A stretch of DNA of 64,000 bases from Candidatus Pacearchaeota archaeon (GCA_002731115.1 PBZO01000001.1:75096-139095); one strand, 5' to 3'. Shown: positions 1 through 10,456, counted from the stretch's first letter. The notes: generated by a model from the letters alone, not told the origin. Numbers and translations: made by a program.

Positions 1-1
1 A

Positions 2-742
2 TGGGATTCTGAATGGGTAGTAAATCAACTTAAAACACTTCAAGAAAAATATAATATAAAAAATATAAAAATTATTGATGAAATGTTTATTCTTAACTCG
101 AACCATTTTATGGAAATTGCAGAAAAAATAATCAAAGAAGACCTTAAATTAAATATATGGGCTTATGGAAGGGTTGATACTATAAAAGAAAAATATTTGG
201 GAAAATTGAAAAAAGCAGGATTTAATTGGTTGTGTGTTGGTTATGAAGCAGGAAATGAGAAAGTAAGAGAAGACGTACATAAGGGAAAATTTACAAAAGA
301 TAGTATGATAGAAAATAGAAAAATTATTAAAAATTCTGGAATAAATGTTATAGCAAACTATATGTTTGGATTACCTGAAGATAACTTAGACAGTATGCGA
401 GAAACACTTGACTTGGCAAAAGAACTAAATTGTGAATTTGGAAATTTCTATTGTACTACTGCTATGCCTGGTTCACAATTATATAAGAATGCTATACAAG
501 AAAATGTCAAATTATCTAAAAAATGGATTGATTATGCTCAACATAGTTATAATTTTCTACCTCTCCCAACAAAACATCTCTCGCCAAAAGAAGTTTTGGA
601 ATTTAGAGATTATGCTTTTGATAATTATTTTAAAAATCCAGAATATTTAAAAATGATTGAATCTGAATTTGGACCAAAAGCAGAAAAACATCTTAAAAAT
701 ATGACTAAAACAAAATTAAAAAGAAAGTTATTGGAGGAATAA
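2..742 (+). CDS. radical SAM superfamily protein, C-terminal part (5' end outside window); class-B (B12-binding type) radical SAM-like C-terminal half
   Basis: ORF is open in frame 2 from the window edge (WDSEWVVNQLKTLQEKYNIKNIKIIDEMF precedes the listed Met). Composition matches the C-terminal half of B12-binding radical SAM proteins. Followed by a NUDIX gene and a second rSAM gene on the same strand. Confidence 0.5.
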   Translation, partial: WDSEWVVNQLKTLQEKYNIKNIKIIDEMFILNSNHFMEIAEKIIKEDLKLNIWAYGRVDTIKEKYLGKLKKAGFNWLCVGYEAGNEKVREDVHKGKFTKDSMIENRKIIKNSGINVIANYMFGLPEDNLDSMRETLDLAKELNCEFGNFYCTTAMPGSQLYKNAIQENVKLSKKWIDYAQHSYNFLPLPTKHLSPKEVLEFRDYAFDNYFKNPEYLKMIESEFGPKAEKHLKNMTKTKLKRKLLEE

Positions 743-753
743 TAAATCTTAAT

Positions 754-1197
754 ATGAGAAAGAGAGATATTGCAGAAGCAATAATTGTGAATAATAAAAG
801 TGAAATTCTATTGCAAAAAAAGAGTTTAGATTATCCGATTATACCTGGCGGATATTGGAGTGTTTTTGGAGGAGAAATTGAAAATGGAGAGACTCCGGAA
901 CAAGCCTTAAAAAGAGAAATTAAAGAAGAAATTGAATTTAACATAAATAAATTCAAGTTATTTAGGATTAAAGACTATAAACTTTCAGTAGGATTTTATG
1001 GAAAAAGATATATTTTCGAGGTTCTATTTGATAGAGAAATTTTTAATATAATTTTAAAAGAAGGTGCAGGATTTGCTTTCTTTAATATCTCGGAAATAAA
1101 TTCTATAAAATTAGAACCTCTATGTTTGGAGATATTAAAAGAATATTTTCAAGAACAACAATCCTTAATAACTAAAAAAAGAAATAAATTAAAATGA
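754..1197 (+). CDS. NUDIX hydrolase
   Basis: Nudix box GGEIENGETPEQALKREIKEEIEF (G-x5-E-x7-REUxEExGU). Stop overlaps the next start (ATGA). Confidence 0.7.
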   Translation: MRKRDIAEAIIVNNKSEILLQKKSLDYPIIPGGYWSVFGGEIENGETPEQALKREIKEEIEFNINKFKLFRIKDYKLSVGFYGKRYIFEVLFDREIFNIILKEGAGFAFFNISEINSIKLEPLCLEILKEYFQEQQSLITKKRNKLK

Positions 1198-2351
1198 GAG
1201 ACGATTGGCAAGAAAAAAGAAAAGAATGGCGTAAAGAAAATAAATACAATTCTTTTAACTCAATGAAAGGATTGACTTGGTTTGATTCGCATTATATCCC
1301 AATTGCTAAGTGGTTAAAAGGTGAAGGAGAACTCCCTCCTCCAATTGAACTCTCTTTAGATCCTAGTCATTTATGCAATTTTGGATGTGGTCATTGTAAT
1401 GCTCAAAGATACTTGAAAATTAATGTAAAAGAGATTAGAAAAGATATGAGGGTTATGAAAAAGAAACATCTAGAAAATCTAATTGATTTTACTAGTGATT
1501 GGGGCGTTAGAGGAGTATGTATTGGAGGTGGAGGAGAACCTCTAATGAATAAAGGTGTTTGGACCCTTCCCTCATATATATCTAATAAAGGTATGCAATC
1601 TTCATTTGCTACGCATGGAGGGTTAATTGATGACTTAATTGCTGAAGAAATGATGTATTGTCGTTGGGTCGGTGTTTCTGTTGATTCAGGGACAAAAGAA
1701 ACTTTTAAGAAAGTGCACAAATCTAATGGCTTTGATAAAGTTATTAATAATTTAAAACTTTTAGTTTCAAAAAAGGAAAAAACAAAATCTAACATAGATA
1801 TAGCCTATAAATTTTTAATTAGACCGGATAATTGGGAAGACCTATATTCAGCTACAAAACTTGCAAAAGATATTGGAGTAAAAGATTTTCATGCTAGACC
1901 TGTTGATTTAGAAAGAAAAGACTATAAACAAGGAATAGATATTAATTATAAAATTGATAAAATTCATGAACAATTTGAAAAATGTCATGAATTAGAAGAA
2001 GATAATTTTAGAGTTTTTACTGTTATGCACAAATATGACCCTGAATTTAAAGTACACCATACATTCAAAAATTGCGTAGCTTCTTCTCTAATGCTTCAAG
2101 CATGTGCTGATGGGAATGCATATGTTTGTGCTGATCATAGAATAGAAGATAGATTTAGATTGACAAGTCATTATCCAAATCCAGAAAATATAAAAGAATA
2201 TTGGGGAAGTGATAAACATAGAAAATTATTGCAATCAATAAAAGTTAATAATGAATGTGGTAGATGTACTTATGGGGAATTTGCAAGACAAATTGAAGAA
2301 TTAGCAATAGGAACAAATGAGAAAGATCCCATGTGTTTAGATTTTCCTTAA
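1194..2351 (+). CDS. radical SAM enzyme with Cys-rich C-terminal (SPASM/twitch-like) region
   Basis: CNFGCGHC (CxxxCxxC) plus GGGGEPLM SAM-binding motif. C-terminal cysteines CVASS..CADGNAYVCADH and CGRCTYGE. Confidence 0.6.
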   Translation: MRDDWQEKRKEWRKENKYNSFNSMKGLTWFDSHYIPIAKWLKGEGELPPPIELSLDPSHLCNFGCGHCNAQRYLKINVKEIRKDMRVMKKKHLENLIDFTSDWGVRGVCIGGGGEPLMNKGVWTLPSYISNKGMQSSFATHGGLIDDLIAEEMMYCRWVGVSVDSGTKETFKKVHKSNGFDKVINNLKLLVSKKEKTKSNIDIAYKFLIRPDNWEDLYSATKLAKDIGVKDFHARPVDLERKDYKQGIDINYKIDKIHEQFEKCHELEEDNFRVFTVMHKYDPEFKVHHTFKNCVASSLMLQACADGNAYVCADHRIEDRFRLTSHYPNPENIKEYWGSDKHRKLLQSIKVNNECGRCTYGEFARQIEELAIGTNEKDPMCLDFP

Positions 2352-2397
2352 ACTTCATTATAATAATCTTTAAAAAGAAAAATAATAAATCTCTAAG

Positions 2398-3246
2398 ATG
2401 GAAAAAGAACAAATAATTAAGCTACAAAGAAAGGCAAATGATTTTCGTGAAGAAACTTTAGATATGTGTATAGACGCCGGAACAGGGCATGTTACTTCTT
2501 CTTTTTCTTGTGCAGAAATACTTACTTCACTTTATTCAGGGAATATCTTAAAATACAAATCAGATGAACCAAAATGGGATAAAAGGGATAGATTTATTTT
2601 GAGTAAGGGGCAGGCAAGTCCAATATTGTATGTTACTTTAGCTAATGCAGGTTTTTTCCCAAAAGATTGGTTAAATACTTTTTGTAAAAAAGAAGCTAAG
2701 TTCGGAGTACATTTACAGAATACAGTGCCTGGAGTCGAGTATTCTACAGGTTCACTTGGTCATGGACTCGGCCTTGGAGCAGGAGTTACATTAAGAGCAA
2801 AAATAGATAAAAAAAATTACCATACATTTGTCCTTTTAGGAGATGCTGAACTTCAAGAAGGTTCTAATTGGGAATCTGCAATGTTTGCTAGTAGTTATAA
2901 TTTAAACAATTTAACTGCAATAGTTGATAGAAATGGGTATGGCGTACTTGGAGCAACAGAGGATATAGTTAAATTAAATCCTTTAGAAAAAAAATTTAGA
3001 TCTTTTGGATGGGATGTAAAAACTATAGATGGTCATTCAATTAAAGAATTCTATGAAGCAACTAATAATTTTAGAGATTATAAAAGAGGTAAACCTCTTG
3101 TGATTATTGCTGAAACTGTTAAAGGAAAAGGAATTAAATCTTGGGAAAATAAAGCATTAGTTCATGGTATGGCTCCAAAGGGGGAAGATGCAATAAAATT
3201 AAAAGGGGAATTAAAAAAATACTCTTCAAGAGGCGAATATGAATAA
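2398..3246 (+). CDS. transketolase, N-terminal (ThDP pyrophosphate-binding) subunit
   Basis: GHVTSS, ILSKGQASPILY, GSLGHGLGLGAG, LLGDAELQEGSNWES motifs typical of split transketolase N subunit. Confidence 0.8.
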   Translation: MEKEQIIKLQRKANDFREETLDMCIDAGTGHVTSSFSCAEILTSLYSGNILKYKSDEPKWDKRDRFILSKGQASPILYVTLANAGFFPKDWLNTFCKKEAKFGVHLQNTVPGVEYSTGSLGHGLGLGAGVTLRAKIDKKNYHTFVLLGDAELQEGSNWESAMFASSYNLNNLTAIVDRNGYGVLGATEDIVKLNPLEKKFRSFGWDVKTIDGHSIKEFYEATNNFRDYKRGKPLVIIAETVKGKGIKSWENKALVHGMAPKGEDAIKLKGELKKYSSRGEYE

Positions 3247-4183
3247 CAAATCGATGAGAGATACCTTTTGGGATAGAATTTATGATATTGCGAAAGAAGA
3301 TAGAGATTTGGTGTTAATTGATGCGGATATGGGTGCTCCATCTCTTGACAAGTTTAGAGAAGATTTTAATGGAAGACAATATTTTAGCACAGGTATTGCA
3401 GAACAAAATATGATTGCTGTAGCAGGTGGTTTAGCTAAAGAAGGGAAAAAAGTTTTTACTTATGCTATTGCTCCATTTATCACTTCTAGATGTCATGAAT
3501 TTACCAAATTAAATTGTGGACTTATGAAAATTCCTATAAACCTTGTTGGTGTAGGACCTGGTTTTAGTTATGATGATTCTGGACCGACACACCATCTAAC
3601 AGAGGATATCTCAATAATGAGAGCAATACCCAATCTGGAAATATATTGTCCATCAGATAATTTGATTGCAAAAAGATTAGCAAAAAAAATGTATTGTTCC
3701 GAGAATCCCGCCTATATAAGATTGGATAGAGAAATTCTCCCAAATTTATCGGATCAAAATGGAATATCTAAAAATAGAGAAAAAATTCAAGCAGGGTTTA
3801 GAGAATTTGGAAAAGGAGATTTGGCTATTGTTTCCACAGGAAATATGGTTCATACGGCTTTAGAAGTTCAAAAATATTATTCTGATAAAAACATACCAAT
3901 TGGAGTTCTAGATTTACATCAATTAAAACCAATAAGTGAAGAATTTAAAAAAAATATGTCTGGATATAAGAATTTAGTTTCTTTAGAAGAACACCTCTTA
4001 GATGGTGGATTGGGAAGCATAATCGCAGAAACTATTATTGATAATAATTTACTTGTTAATTTAAAAAAGAGAATTGGATTAGTTGACTATGTTTATGCAT
4101 ATGGGGGGCGTAAGAACATACAAGAATTATATAAAATAGATGAGAAAAGTGTTATTAATGAAATAGATAAATTGATTAATTAA
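3239..4183 (+). CDS. transketolase, C-terminal (pyrimidine-binding) subunit
   Basis: FSTGIAEQNMIAVAGGLA and FTYAIAPFITSRCHEF regions. Overlaps the N subunit gene by 8 nt. Confidence 0.8.
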   Translation: MNNKSMRDTFWDRIYDIAKEDRDLVLIDADMGAPSLDKFREDFNGRQYFSTGIAEQNMIAVAGGLAKEGKKVFTYAIAPFITSRCHEFTKLNCGLMKIPINLVGVGPGFSYDDSGPTHHLTEDISIMRAIPNLEIYCPSDNLIAKRLAKKMYCSENPAYIRLDREILPNLSDQNGISKNREKIQAGFREFGKGDLAIVSTGNMVHTALEVQKYYSDKNIPIGVLDLHQLKPISEEFKKNMSGYKNLVSLEEHLLDGGLGSIIAETIIDNNLLVNLKKRIGLVDYVYAYGGRKNIQELYKIDEKSVINEIDKLIN

Positions 4184-5810
4184 AAAAATTCAATGCTTCC
4201 CAACTACCTTTATCAAAAAATCTTTCTGAAAGATATTTAAATACAAATTTTTTTCCGGGATATGATAAGAGAAATAATTTAAAGAAATACTTATCCAATA
4301 TTCTTTTCTGACGAATAAGAGAAAATATCTTATCAAAAAAAGGTGTATTAAATACATTCTTCATATCCTTATAAGGAATTTCATTTATCGCTTGTATTTT
4401 GACTAAAGGAATGGATACAAATACAGTATTCTTATCATTTAATAAATTACAAACTTCTCCATGAAATAATTTTTGAAATGCCTTTAAGTTATCTAAAAAA
4501 TAACTTTTTCTTACCATTAATTGATTTACATTTAATATTTTGTAAAAATCTTCTTTTTTTAGAGTATTAAACGACTTCTTTGATAAATTTAATAGATAAT
4601 CTCCTAAAAATTCAGAATAAACAAAATAATTACAGCAACTGATATCTTTTTTAGAAATCATTAGAGAATAAGATTGAAAATAATTCTTGTGAGGGGATTT
4701 CTTATTGAATGATTTAGAAAAATCTATATAATCTGCATTTTTTAATTTTTCTTTTAATTTATTGATTGGTAAATCTATTTCTTCTTCAGAAAGAGTAATT
4801 ATTCTTTTATTAACTTCTGGAAGGTCCTTATGACTAATTTTCTCTTTTTCTATTTTTTCAAAACATTCTGTAAATAATTTTTCCCAGGAATGATTTTTTA
4901 TAACATAATCATAACCTTCCTTCGCAATATTCTTTCTTTCTTTTTCATGGTTAAGATAATATTTAATTTTTTTAAGAAGTTCTTCTTTACTTCTAAAATT
5001 CATCTTCTTATTTTTAACAAGAAAATCTATGGTTCTATTAGTATATTCTGTTAATAAAAATGAGTTACATGCAAGTATTTCTATTGGACGTCCTTTCATT
5101 TGTCCCAATTTGCCTTGTTTAAAAAAGGTTTTTGAAAAATTAAGATTTATCCTAGATTGATTAATCACTTTTATAAAATCCTCTGGGTATAAAAAACCAC
5201 CATAAATACTTTTTAAATCTGAATAATTATGCCAATCTCCTCCAAATAATCTAATATTTATCCCTTTTTTCATTAAAAATTTTATATAATCATACCTATC
5301 GGCTAAAGGTGTTCCTATGAAAGTTACATCATAAATCTCTTTAATATTAAGTTTCCTGTGATAATTAGGATTTACTCCAATCATAGAATATACATTTTTT
5401 ATTTTATCCTTCTTAAAAATTGAAATTTCTTTTTTAGTTGTTAGAATATAATCAAAAAATAAAGCATAATATCTTACCCAATCATCAAATCTAAATTCAT
5501 CATCTCCTGACCACATTATTGTTTTTGTATTGGGAGTAATTTCTCTTATTTTTAATAATGTATCTATTTCAAATTCGCTAAGGGACGGGCAAACTAATAA
5601 ATAATCAGGTCTTTCTTCCTTAAGAACTTTTAAAAAGTTTTTATTTAATTTTTCCCTACCTGAATAATAAATATTATTTTTTGTACTAAAAAAAATAACT
5701 TTCCTAAATATCTTTTTGAATACGGGAGGCCAATCTCTGCACTCTTGACTAGTTTTAACCTTACACCCCCAACTTGCAAGCAATATTTTTTTATTTTTTA
5801 AAGAGTTCAT
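4176..5810 (-). CDS. glycosyltransferase, GT-B fold (CgeB-like)
   Basis: C-terminal region RPIEILACNSFLLTEY...KEELLKKIKYYLNHEKERKNIAKEGYDYVIKNHSWEKLF resembles the GT1/GT4 and CgeB C-terminal signature. Confidence 0.45.
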   Translation of the reverse strand: MNSLKNKKILLASWGCKVKTSQECRDWPPVFKKIFRKVIFFSTKNNIYYSGREKLNKNFLKVLKEERPDYLLVCPSLSEFEIDTLLKIREITPNTKTIMWSGDDEFRFDDWVRYYALFFDYILTTKKEISIFKKDKIKNVYSMIGVNPNYHRKLNIKEIYDVTFIGTPLADRYDYIKFLMKKGINIRLFGGDWHNYSDLKSIYGGFLYPEDFIKVINQSRINLNFSKTFFKQGKLGQMKGRPIEILACNSFLLTEYTNRTIDFLVKNKKMNFRSKEELLKKIKYYLNHEKERKNIAKEGYDYVIKNHSWEKLFTECFEKIEKEKISHKDLPEVNKRIITLSEEEIDLPINKLKEKLKNADYIDFSKSFNKKSPHKNYFQSYSLMISKKDISCCNYFVYSEFLGDYLLNLSKKSFNTLKKEDFYKILNVNQLMVRKSYFLDNLKAFQKLFHGEVCNLLNDKNTVFVSIPLVKIQAINEIPYKDMKNVFNTPFFDKIFSLIRQKRILDKYFFKLFLLSYPGKKFVFKYLSERFFDKGSWEALNFFN

Positions 5811-5856
5811 AAGAAGGTGGGAAATATTAATCTTTATAAATTTAATCTATCATAAA

Positions 5857-7236
5857 TTAAGTTTTATCAGAAACATATCTTTTAAAAATTCTTAAAAAAT
5901 TATTTGGATTTATTTTATTAATTAACTTTCTCTTTATAAAACCAGAAAAATCCCCCTCATCTGCATAAAGGTTAGTTATAAACCCTGTTCTAAAGGACCA
6001 CCATAATAACTTCCATTTAGGATGTTCTGCAGTATAAAGTGGACAAAGTCCTTCACTTAGCCAATAATCATCCGTTATTAATCCTTTTTCCTTTGCTAAT
6101 CTATATACTTCTGTTCCGGGGAAAACAATTAAAATGGCTGGTTCGGTTGCTACTCTTAGTTTTTTAGCTAAAAGTGCTGTTTCCATTGCGCTTTTTGAAT
6201 TCTCTCCCGGAAGTCCAACAATCGATAAAAAAGCTGTTTTAATCTTATATTTTTCGCAAATTTTAAAAGCATTTATTATCTGAGAGACTTTTACTTTTTT
6301 CCCAATATTGTCTAGAATATGTTGTGAACCACTTTCTACTCCAAAAATTACTTCGATACACCCTGCTCTTTTCATCCATCCCAAAATTTCTTCGTTTAAT
6401 GATGAAACTCTTCCTAGACATTTCCATTTTATTTTCATTTTATCTTTTAAAATCATTTTACATAAATCAATAATTCTTTTATTATTACAAATAAATTCAT
6501 CATCCATAAAATAAATCTGCTCAATATTTGGGAATTTCTTTATTAAATATTTCATCTCCTTAAAAACATTCTTTGCACTTCTTTGAATCATGCATCTTCC
6601 CCAATATGCAGAACTAGGACAAAAAGAACACCCAAAAGGACATCCTCTTGAAGTCAGCATATATACTGTATTAAATTTTCTTATTGTATTCTTAAAGAAA
6701 TCATGTTTAGGCAAGGGTAATGAATCTAGATCTCTGATTCTTTCTCTAGGTTCTGTTTTAATAATCTCTTCATTATGTTTAAAGGCTATTCCTTTAATTT
6801 TTTTAAATTTAGAAATCGGCTTTTTATTATTAATACTATCCAATAATTCTACTAAGGTAATTTCTGCCTCTCCCAGTATTGTAAAATCTACAGGATAATT
6901 ATTAAGAATTTGATCATATAGAAAGGTAGTATGGACTCCTCCAGCAATAATTATTGTTTTTGGGCTTACTTCTTTTACTATCTTTAATAATTTTAATGCT
7001 GAAATACGGCTATTAGAAAGAATACTTATACCAAAAAAGTCTGGTTTTTCTCGCTCAATCTTTTCTCTTACCTTTTCCACAACATCTTCCCATTTAGAAT
7101 AAGTTAAATTAAGAATATCCGTTTTATAATTATTTTTCTCTAAAACTGCCCCTAAATAAGCTAAACCAAGTGGATAAAGAGTATCATCTTCACCTTCCCA
7201 CATATCCCATGGAGCAATAGCAAACATAAATTTCAT
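5857..7236 (-). CDS. B12-binding domain radical SAM protein
   Basis: N-terminal Rossmann-like B12-binding region (IIIAGGVHTT) followed by TSRGCPFGCSFC (CxxxCxxC). Confidence 0.7.
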   Translation of the reverse strand: MKFMFAIAPWDMWEGEDDTLYPLGLAYLGAVLEKNNYKTDILNLTYSKWEDVVEKVREKIEREKPDFFGISILSNSRISALKLLKIVKEVSPKTIIIAGGVHTTFLYDQILNNYPVDFTILGEAEITLVELLDSINNKKPISKFKKIKGIAFKHNEEIIKTEPRERIRDLDSLPLPKHDFFKNTIRKFNTVYMLTSRGCPFGCSFCPSSAYWGRCMIQRSAKNVFKEMKYLIKKFPNIEQIYFMDDEFICNNKRIIDLCKMILKDKMKIKWKCLGRVSSLNEEILGWMKRAGCIEVIFGVESGSQHILDNIGKKVKVSQIINAFKICEKYKIKTAFLSIVGLPGENSKSAMETALLAKKLRVATEPAILIVFPGTEVYRLAKEKGLITDDYWLSEGLCPLYTAEHPKWKLLWWSFRTGFITNLYADEGDFSGFIKRKLINKINPNNFLRIFKRYVSDKT

Positions 7237-7274
7237 TAAAATTTCAAGATTATTGGTTTTATAAATATAATCAT

Positions 7275-8807
7275 TTAATCAAATATTTTTTTCTTAATTG
7301 TATCCAAAATCATTATATCTTTCTCATCCAAACTCCTTGTTATAAATATCAAAAATAAATAAAATAGAATAAATAAAGATCCTTGAAAAAATAAAGTTAA
7401 TAGATTAGCGGTTATAAATTGCTTAAGATAAATTAACAAGATTGTTGGAGGAATTATTGAGATAAAAATTCTTGTCATTTTCCTTCTTAAGGGAACTATT
7501 GAAACATAATATCTAGTTTGAAAAAAGAAAATAAAAGTTAATATTATCTGACTAACCATTGTTGCGAATGCTGCTCCAGAAATTCCATATATTGGAACAA
7601 GAAAAATATTTAATATCAAATTTAAAAAAGATATAATAACTATATTTGTTAAAATTATTTTTGATCTCCCTGTCATTGAAATCAAATTATGGGAGATCAT
7701 TGTAATTGATGAAAAAAGATAAGCTGTTGCTAAAAATCTTAGCGAATTTTCTGCACCCAAATATTCTTGTCCAAATAAAATATTAATAAATACTCCTGGG
7801 AAAAGAATCATTAGTAAAAAGAAAGGTAAATTAACAATTAATATCCATTTAACAATCTGTTTACTTAATTCACTAACAAGTCCTATGTTTTTTCTTGAAA
7901 ATTCTCTATTTATTAGGGGAGAAAAAAGCCTTAGAAATAAACTTGGGAAAAATACTATTAACCACGCAATCGGAATTGCTGCATTATATATCCCAACATC
8001 AAAGGTTCCATTAAAATAACCAATTATAAATGAATCTATATTAGGCATTATTTCACTTAAAATTCCTAGTAAAATTAAAGGCCAAGAATAAGAAAATAGC
8101 TCTTTTTGTATTTTCCTTTTAGAAGATTTGCTTAATCTAATTTTTTTAAAAATTTCTGAAAGTTTATATTTACAATAAATAAATGAAGCTAAAAAAACAC
8201 CTAAAACACCTAAAAAATATGAAAAGATTATTGAGTCAATATTTAACCCTATAAAAATTAATAGAATAAGAAAAATTACCTTGAGAAAATTCTGTAAAAA
8301 ATCTACAATAAATGATTGGGCAGCAATTCTTTCAAATGACTGAATTACTGTTAAAAGAGCATATGAAATTATATAAAGAGGAATTAATAAACTAAAAATT
8401 TTAAGAAAAAATATTAACTTAGCATCATTAAAAATATTAATTGAAATAAATTCTGCTGAAAAAAATAAGATTAATCCTGCAAGAATACTTGAAAAAAATA
8501 ATATTATCAAAGAAAATTTGAAGACATGCCTAATATTATTGATTCTCTTTTTTCCCTTATAGAATGGAATAAATCTAAGAAGACCTTCAAATAACCCCAA
8601 GGATGAAAAAACTACAAACCATAAGAATATTATTACTGCTAAGGAAAAAGACCCATAAATTTCAGGTCCAAAATACCTTGCAATAATTACCCTATAAATA
8701 TAAGAGAATATTTTTGACAAGAATACTCCAAAAAACACAAATAATGAAGATTTTACAAGTAATTTAAAATATCTATCTAGTTCTTTTTGATTTACTGGTT
8801 TTTGCAT
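7275..8807 (-). CDS. polysaccharide or oligosaccharide flippase (Wzx-like, MOP superfamily)
   Basis: 510 aa, about 12-14 predicted TM helices, typical Wzx composition. Sits between rSAM and GT genes. Confidence 0.6.
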   Translation of the reverse strand: MQKPVNQKELDRYFKLLVKSSLFVFFGVFLSKIFSYIYRVIIARYFGPEIYGSFSLAVIIFLWFVVFSSLGLFEGLLRFIPFYKGKKRINNIRHVFKFSLIILFFSSILAGLILFFSAEFISINIFNDAKLIFFLKIFSLLIPLYIISYALLTVIQSFERIAAQSFIVDFLQNFLKVIFLILLIFIGLNIDSIIFSYFLGVLGVFLASFIYCKYKLSEIFKKIRLSKSSKRKIQKELFSYSWPLILLGILSEIMPNIDSFIIGYFNGTFDVGIYNAAIPIAWLIVFFPSLFLRLFSPLINREFSRKNIGLVSELSKQIVKWILIVNLPFFLLMILFPGVFINILFGQEYLGAENSLRFLATAYLFSSITMISHNLISMTGRSKIILTNIVIISFLNLILNIFLVPIYGISGAAFATMVSQIILTFIFFFQTRYYVSIVPLRRKMTRIFISIIPPTILLIYLKQFITANLLTLFFQGSLFILFYLFLIFITRSLDEKDIMILDTIKKKIFD

Positions 8808-8845
8808 TATTCAGATAATTAATTATTGTTTAAATATTTTTAAAA

Positions 8846-10456
8846 TTATATTCTTTTTTTCGAAAGACTATCCTTTATAGATAAATAATTTCTTCTAAAA
8901 AAATCTAATTCCTTATAATAATCAACACCTATTTTATATAATCTACTAACTACAAAAAAACGCATATGGCATTTTCTGCAAGAAACATGCATTGCATAAT
9001 GAAATCTATTTTCTATAAGACAATTTTTATAATTAAGATTTTCCTTACAATAAGGACATTTAACCAATAAATTATATTTATTTTTATTATCTTCTTTAAT
9101 TTTTAATGGAAGTACATAGAAAGAATATTTTCTTCTTGCATTAATTATTTCTTCTTTTAATTTTTCTATTTCCTTGTCCGTCATATTGTCAGTCATATTT
9201 AACCAATTAGTATGGCTAATTTTATTTTTGATAAAGAATAATTTATCTTTTATTATTCCTTTTTTTATACAGCGATTATAAATCTCACTTCCAGGATAAG
9301 GCTGGATAAATCCCAATTTAATTTGACCTCTGGAATATTTTTTCCAATAATCAAGAGTTTCTTTTGCTGTTTCTTTTGTTTCTGCAGAATCTCCAAAAAT
9401 AAAATTGCCTTGTACACTTAAACCAATTTCCATTGAAAGTTTAAGTGCTTCATTAATTTGTTTAGAAGTTATTGGTTTCTTCATGCTTTTGAGAACTGTT
9501 TGACTATAACTTTCAAACCCAAAACTTATTGCATGACATCCAGAATCTTTAAGTATCATTAACATTTCTCTACTCACAGTATTTACTGATAATTGGCATT
9601 CCCATTTGCATTCCCAAGGAACTTCATTTACTAATTTTTTAAGATGCTTACAAAATTCATATAATCTTTTTTTATCTATAGAAAACATATCATCAATAAT
9701 TTCAATTATATTAATCTTATATTTTTTAACTGCTATTCTTAATTCATCCATAACACTTTTAATTGACCTCATTCTATACCTTCTTCCAAGGGTATGATAA
9801 CAAAAAGTACATTGAAACGGACAACCTCGACTACTTAGTATTGGATAAGTCCGAGGATAGTCGAATAAATTATAGATATTAGAATTATTACATTCATTTT
9901 CTAATTTTTTAAGAAATCCAAATCCCTCAAAATCTGGCACAGGTAATGAATCTATATTTTTAATTGACTCTCTTTGTTTTGTAAAGATAGTTTTTCCATT
10001 TTCATCCTTATAGATTATCCCCTCAACATCTTTAAAATCTTCATTTCTTTCAACAGCTTTTAATAATTCTATTATTGTTATCTCGCCTTCTCCTAATATT
10101 GCAAAATCGGGTTTTAAATTTTCAAAAATTAATTTTGGTTCACTAGTTACTAAGGGCCCTCCAAAAATAACTTTTGGTTGGGAATCATGACTCCTTATAA
10201 TATTAATTATCTTTTCAACAATTGCATATCCAATTCCAATATGGCCTGTGCAGACAAAATTATATTTTTTAGTATTTAATCTTCTTGTAATCAAATCTTC
10301 TATTTTTCCATTAAAATGATTTAAATTTAAGCAATCTACACTATACCCTGCTTTTTTTAAGACAGATGAAATATATCCCAATCCTAATGGAAAAACATAT
10401 TGATAATTTGCCTTATTAGTTAGATTATACCTAGGAATTATTAATAAAATTTGCAT
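8846..10456 (-). CDS. B12-binding domain radical SAM protein with C-terminal Cys-rich extension
   Basis: N-terminal B12-binding-like domain, SSRGCPFQCTFC (CxxxCxxC), C-terminal VKCPYCKENLNYKNC...CRKCH zinc-ribbon-like tail. Confidence 0.7.
   Translation of the reverse strand: MQILLIIPRYNLTNKANYQYVFPLGLGYISSVLKKAGYSVDCLNLNHFNGKIEDLITRRLNTKKYNFVCTGHIGIGYAIVEKIINIIRSHDSQPKVIFGGPLVTSEPKLIFENLKPDFAILGEGEITIIELLKAVERNEDFKDVEGIIYKDENGKTIFTKQRESIKNIDSLPVPDFEGFGFLKKLENECNNSNIYNLFDYPRTYPILSSRGCPFQCTFCYHTLGRRYRMRSIKSVMDELRIAVKKYKINIIEIIDDMFSIDKKRLYEFCKHLKKLVNEVPWECKWECQLSVNTVSREMLMILKDSGCHAISFGFESYSQTVLKSMKKPITSKQINEALKLSMEIGLSVQGNFIFGDSAETKETAKETLDYWKKYSRGQIKLGFIQPYPGSEIYNRCIKKGIIKDKLFFIKNKISHTNWLNMTDNMTDKEIEKLKEEIINARRKYSFYVLPLKIKEDNKNKYNLLVKCPYCKENLNYKNCLIENRFHYAMHVSCRKCHMRFFVVSRLYKIGVDYYKELDFFRRNYLSIKDSLSKKRI

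Noticed and set aside
1403-1795. 130-aa antisense ORF inside the radical SAM gene
   Set aside because: It is embedded opposite a well-supported CDS and has low-complexity composition. The same applies to other antisense or overlapping ORFs such as 432..650, 6308..6514, 6590..6898, 9606..9797, 14125..14433, 16242..16454, 16668..16850, 16778..17125, 17025..17228, 17708..17902, 18746..19009, 19890..20291, 20452..20634, 22732..22995, 24297..24488, 28232..28471, 32503..32727, 33326..33511, 35277..35498, 40876..41070, 42560..42976, 45078..45893, 47653..47979, 49930..50241, 53445..53852, 55659..56082, 57549..57803, 58945..59434, 60937..61197 and 63074..63416.
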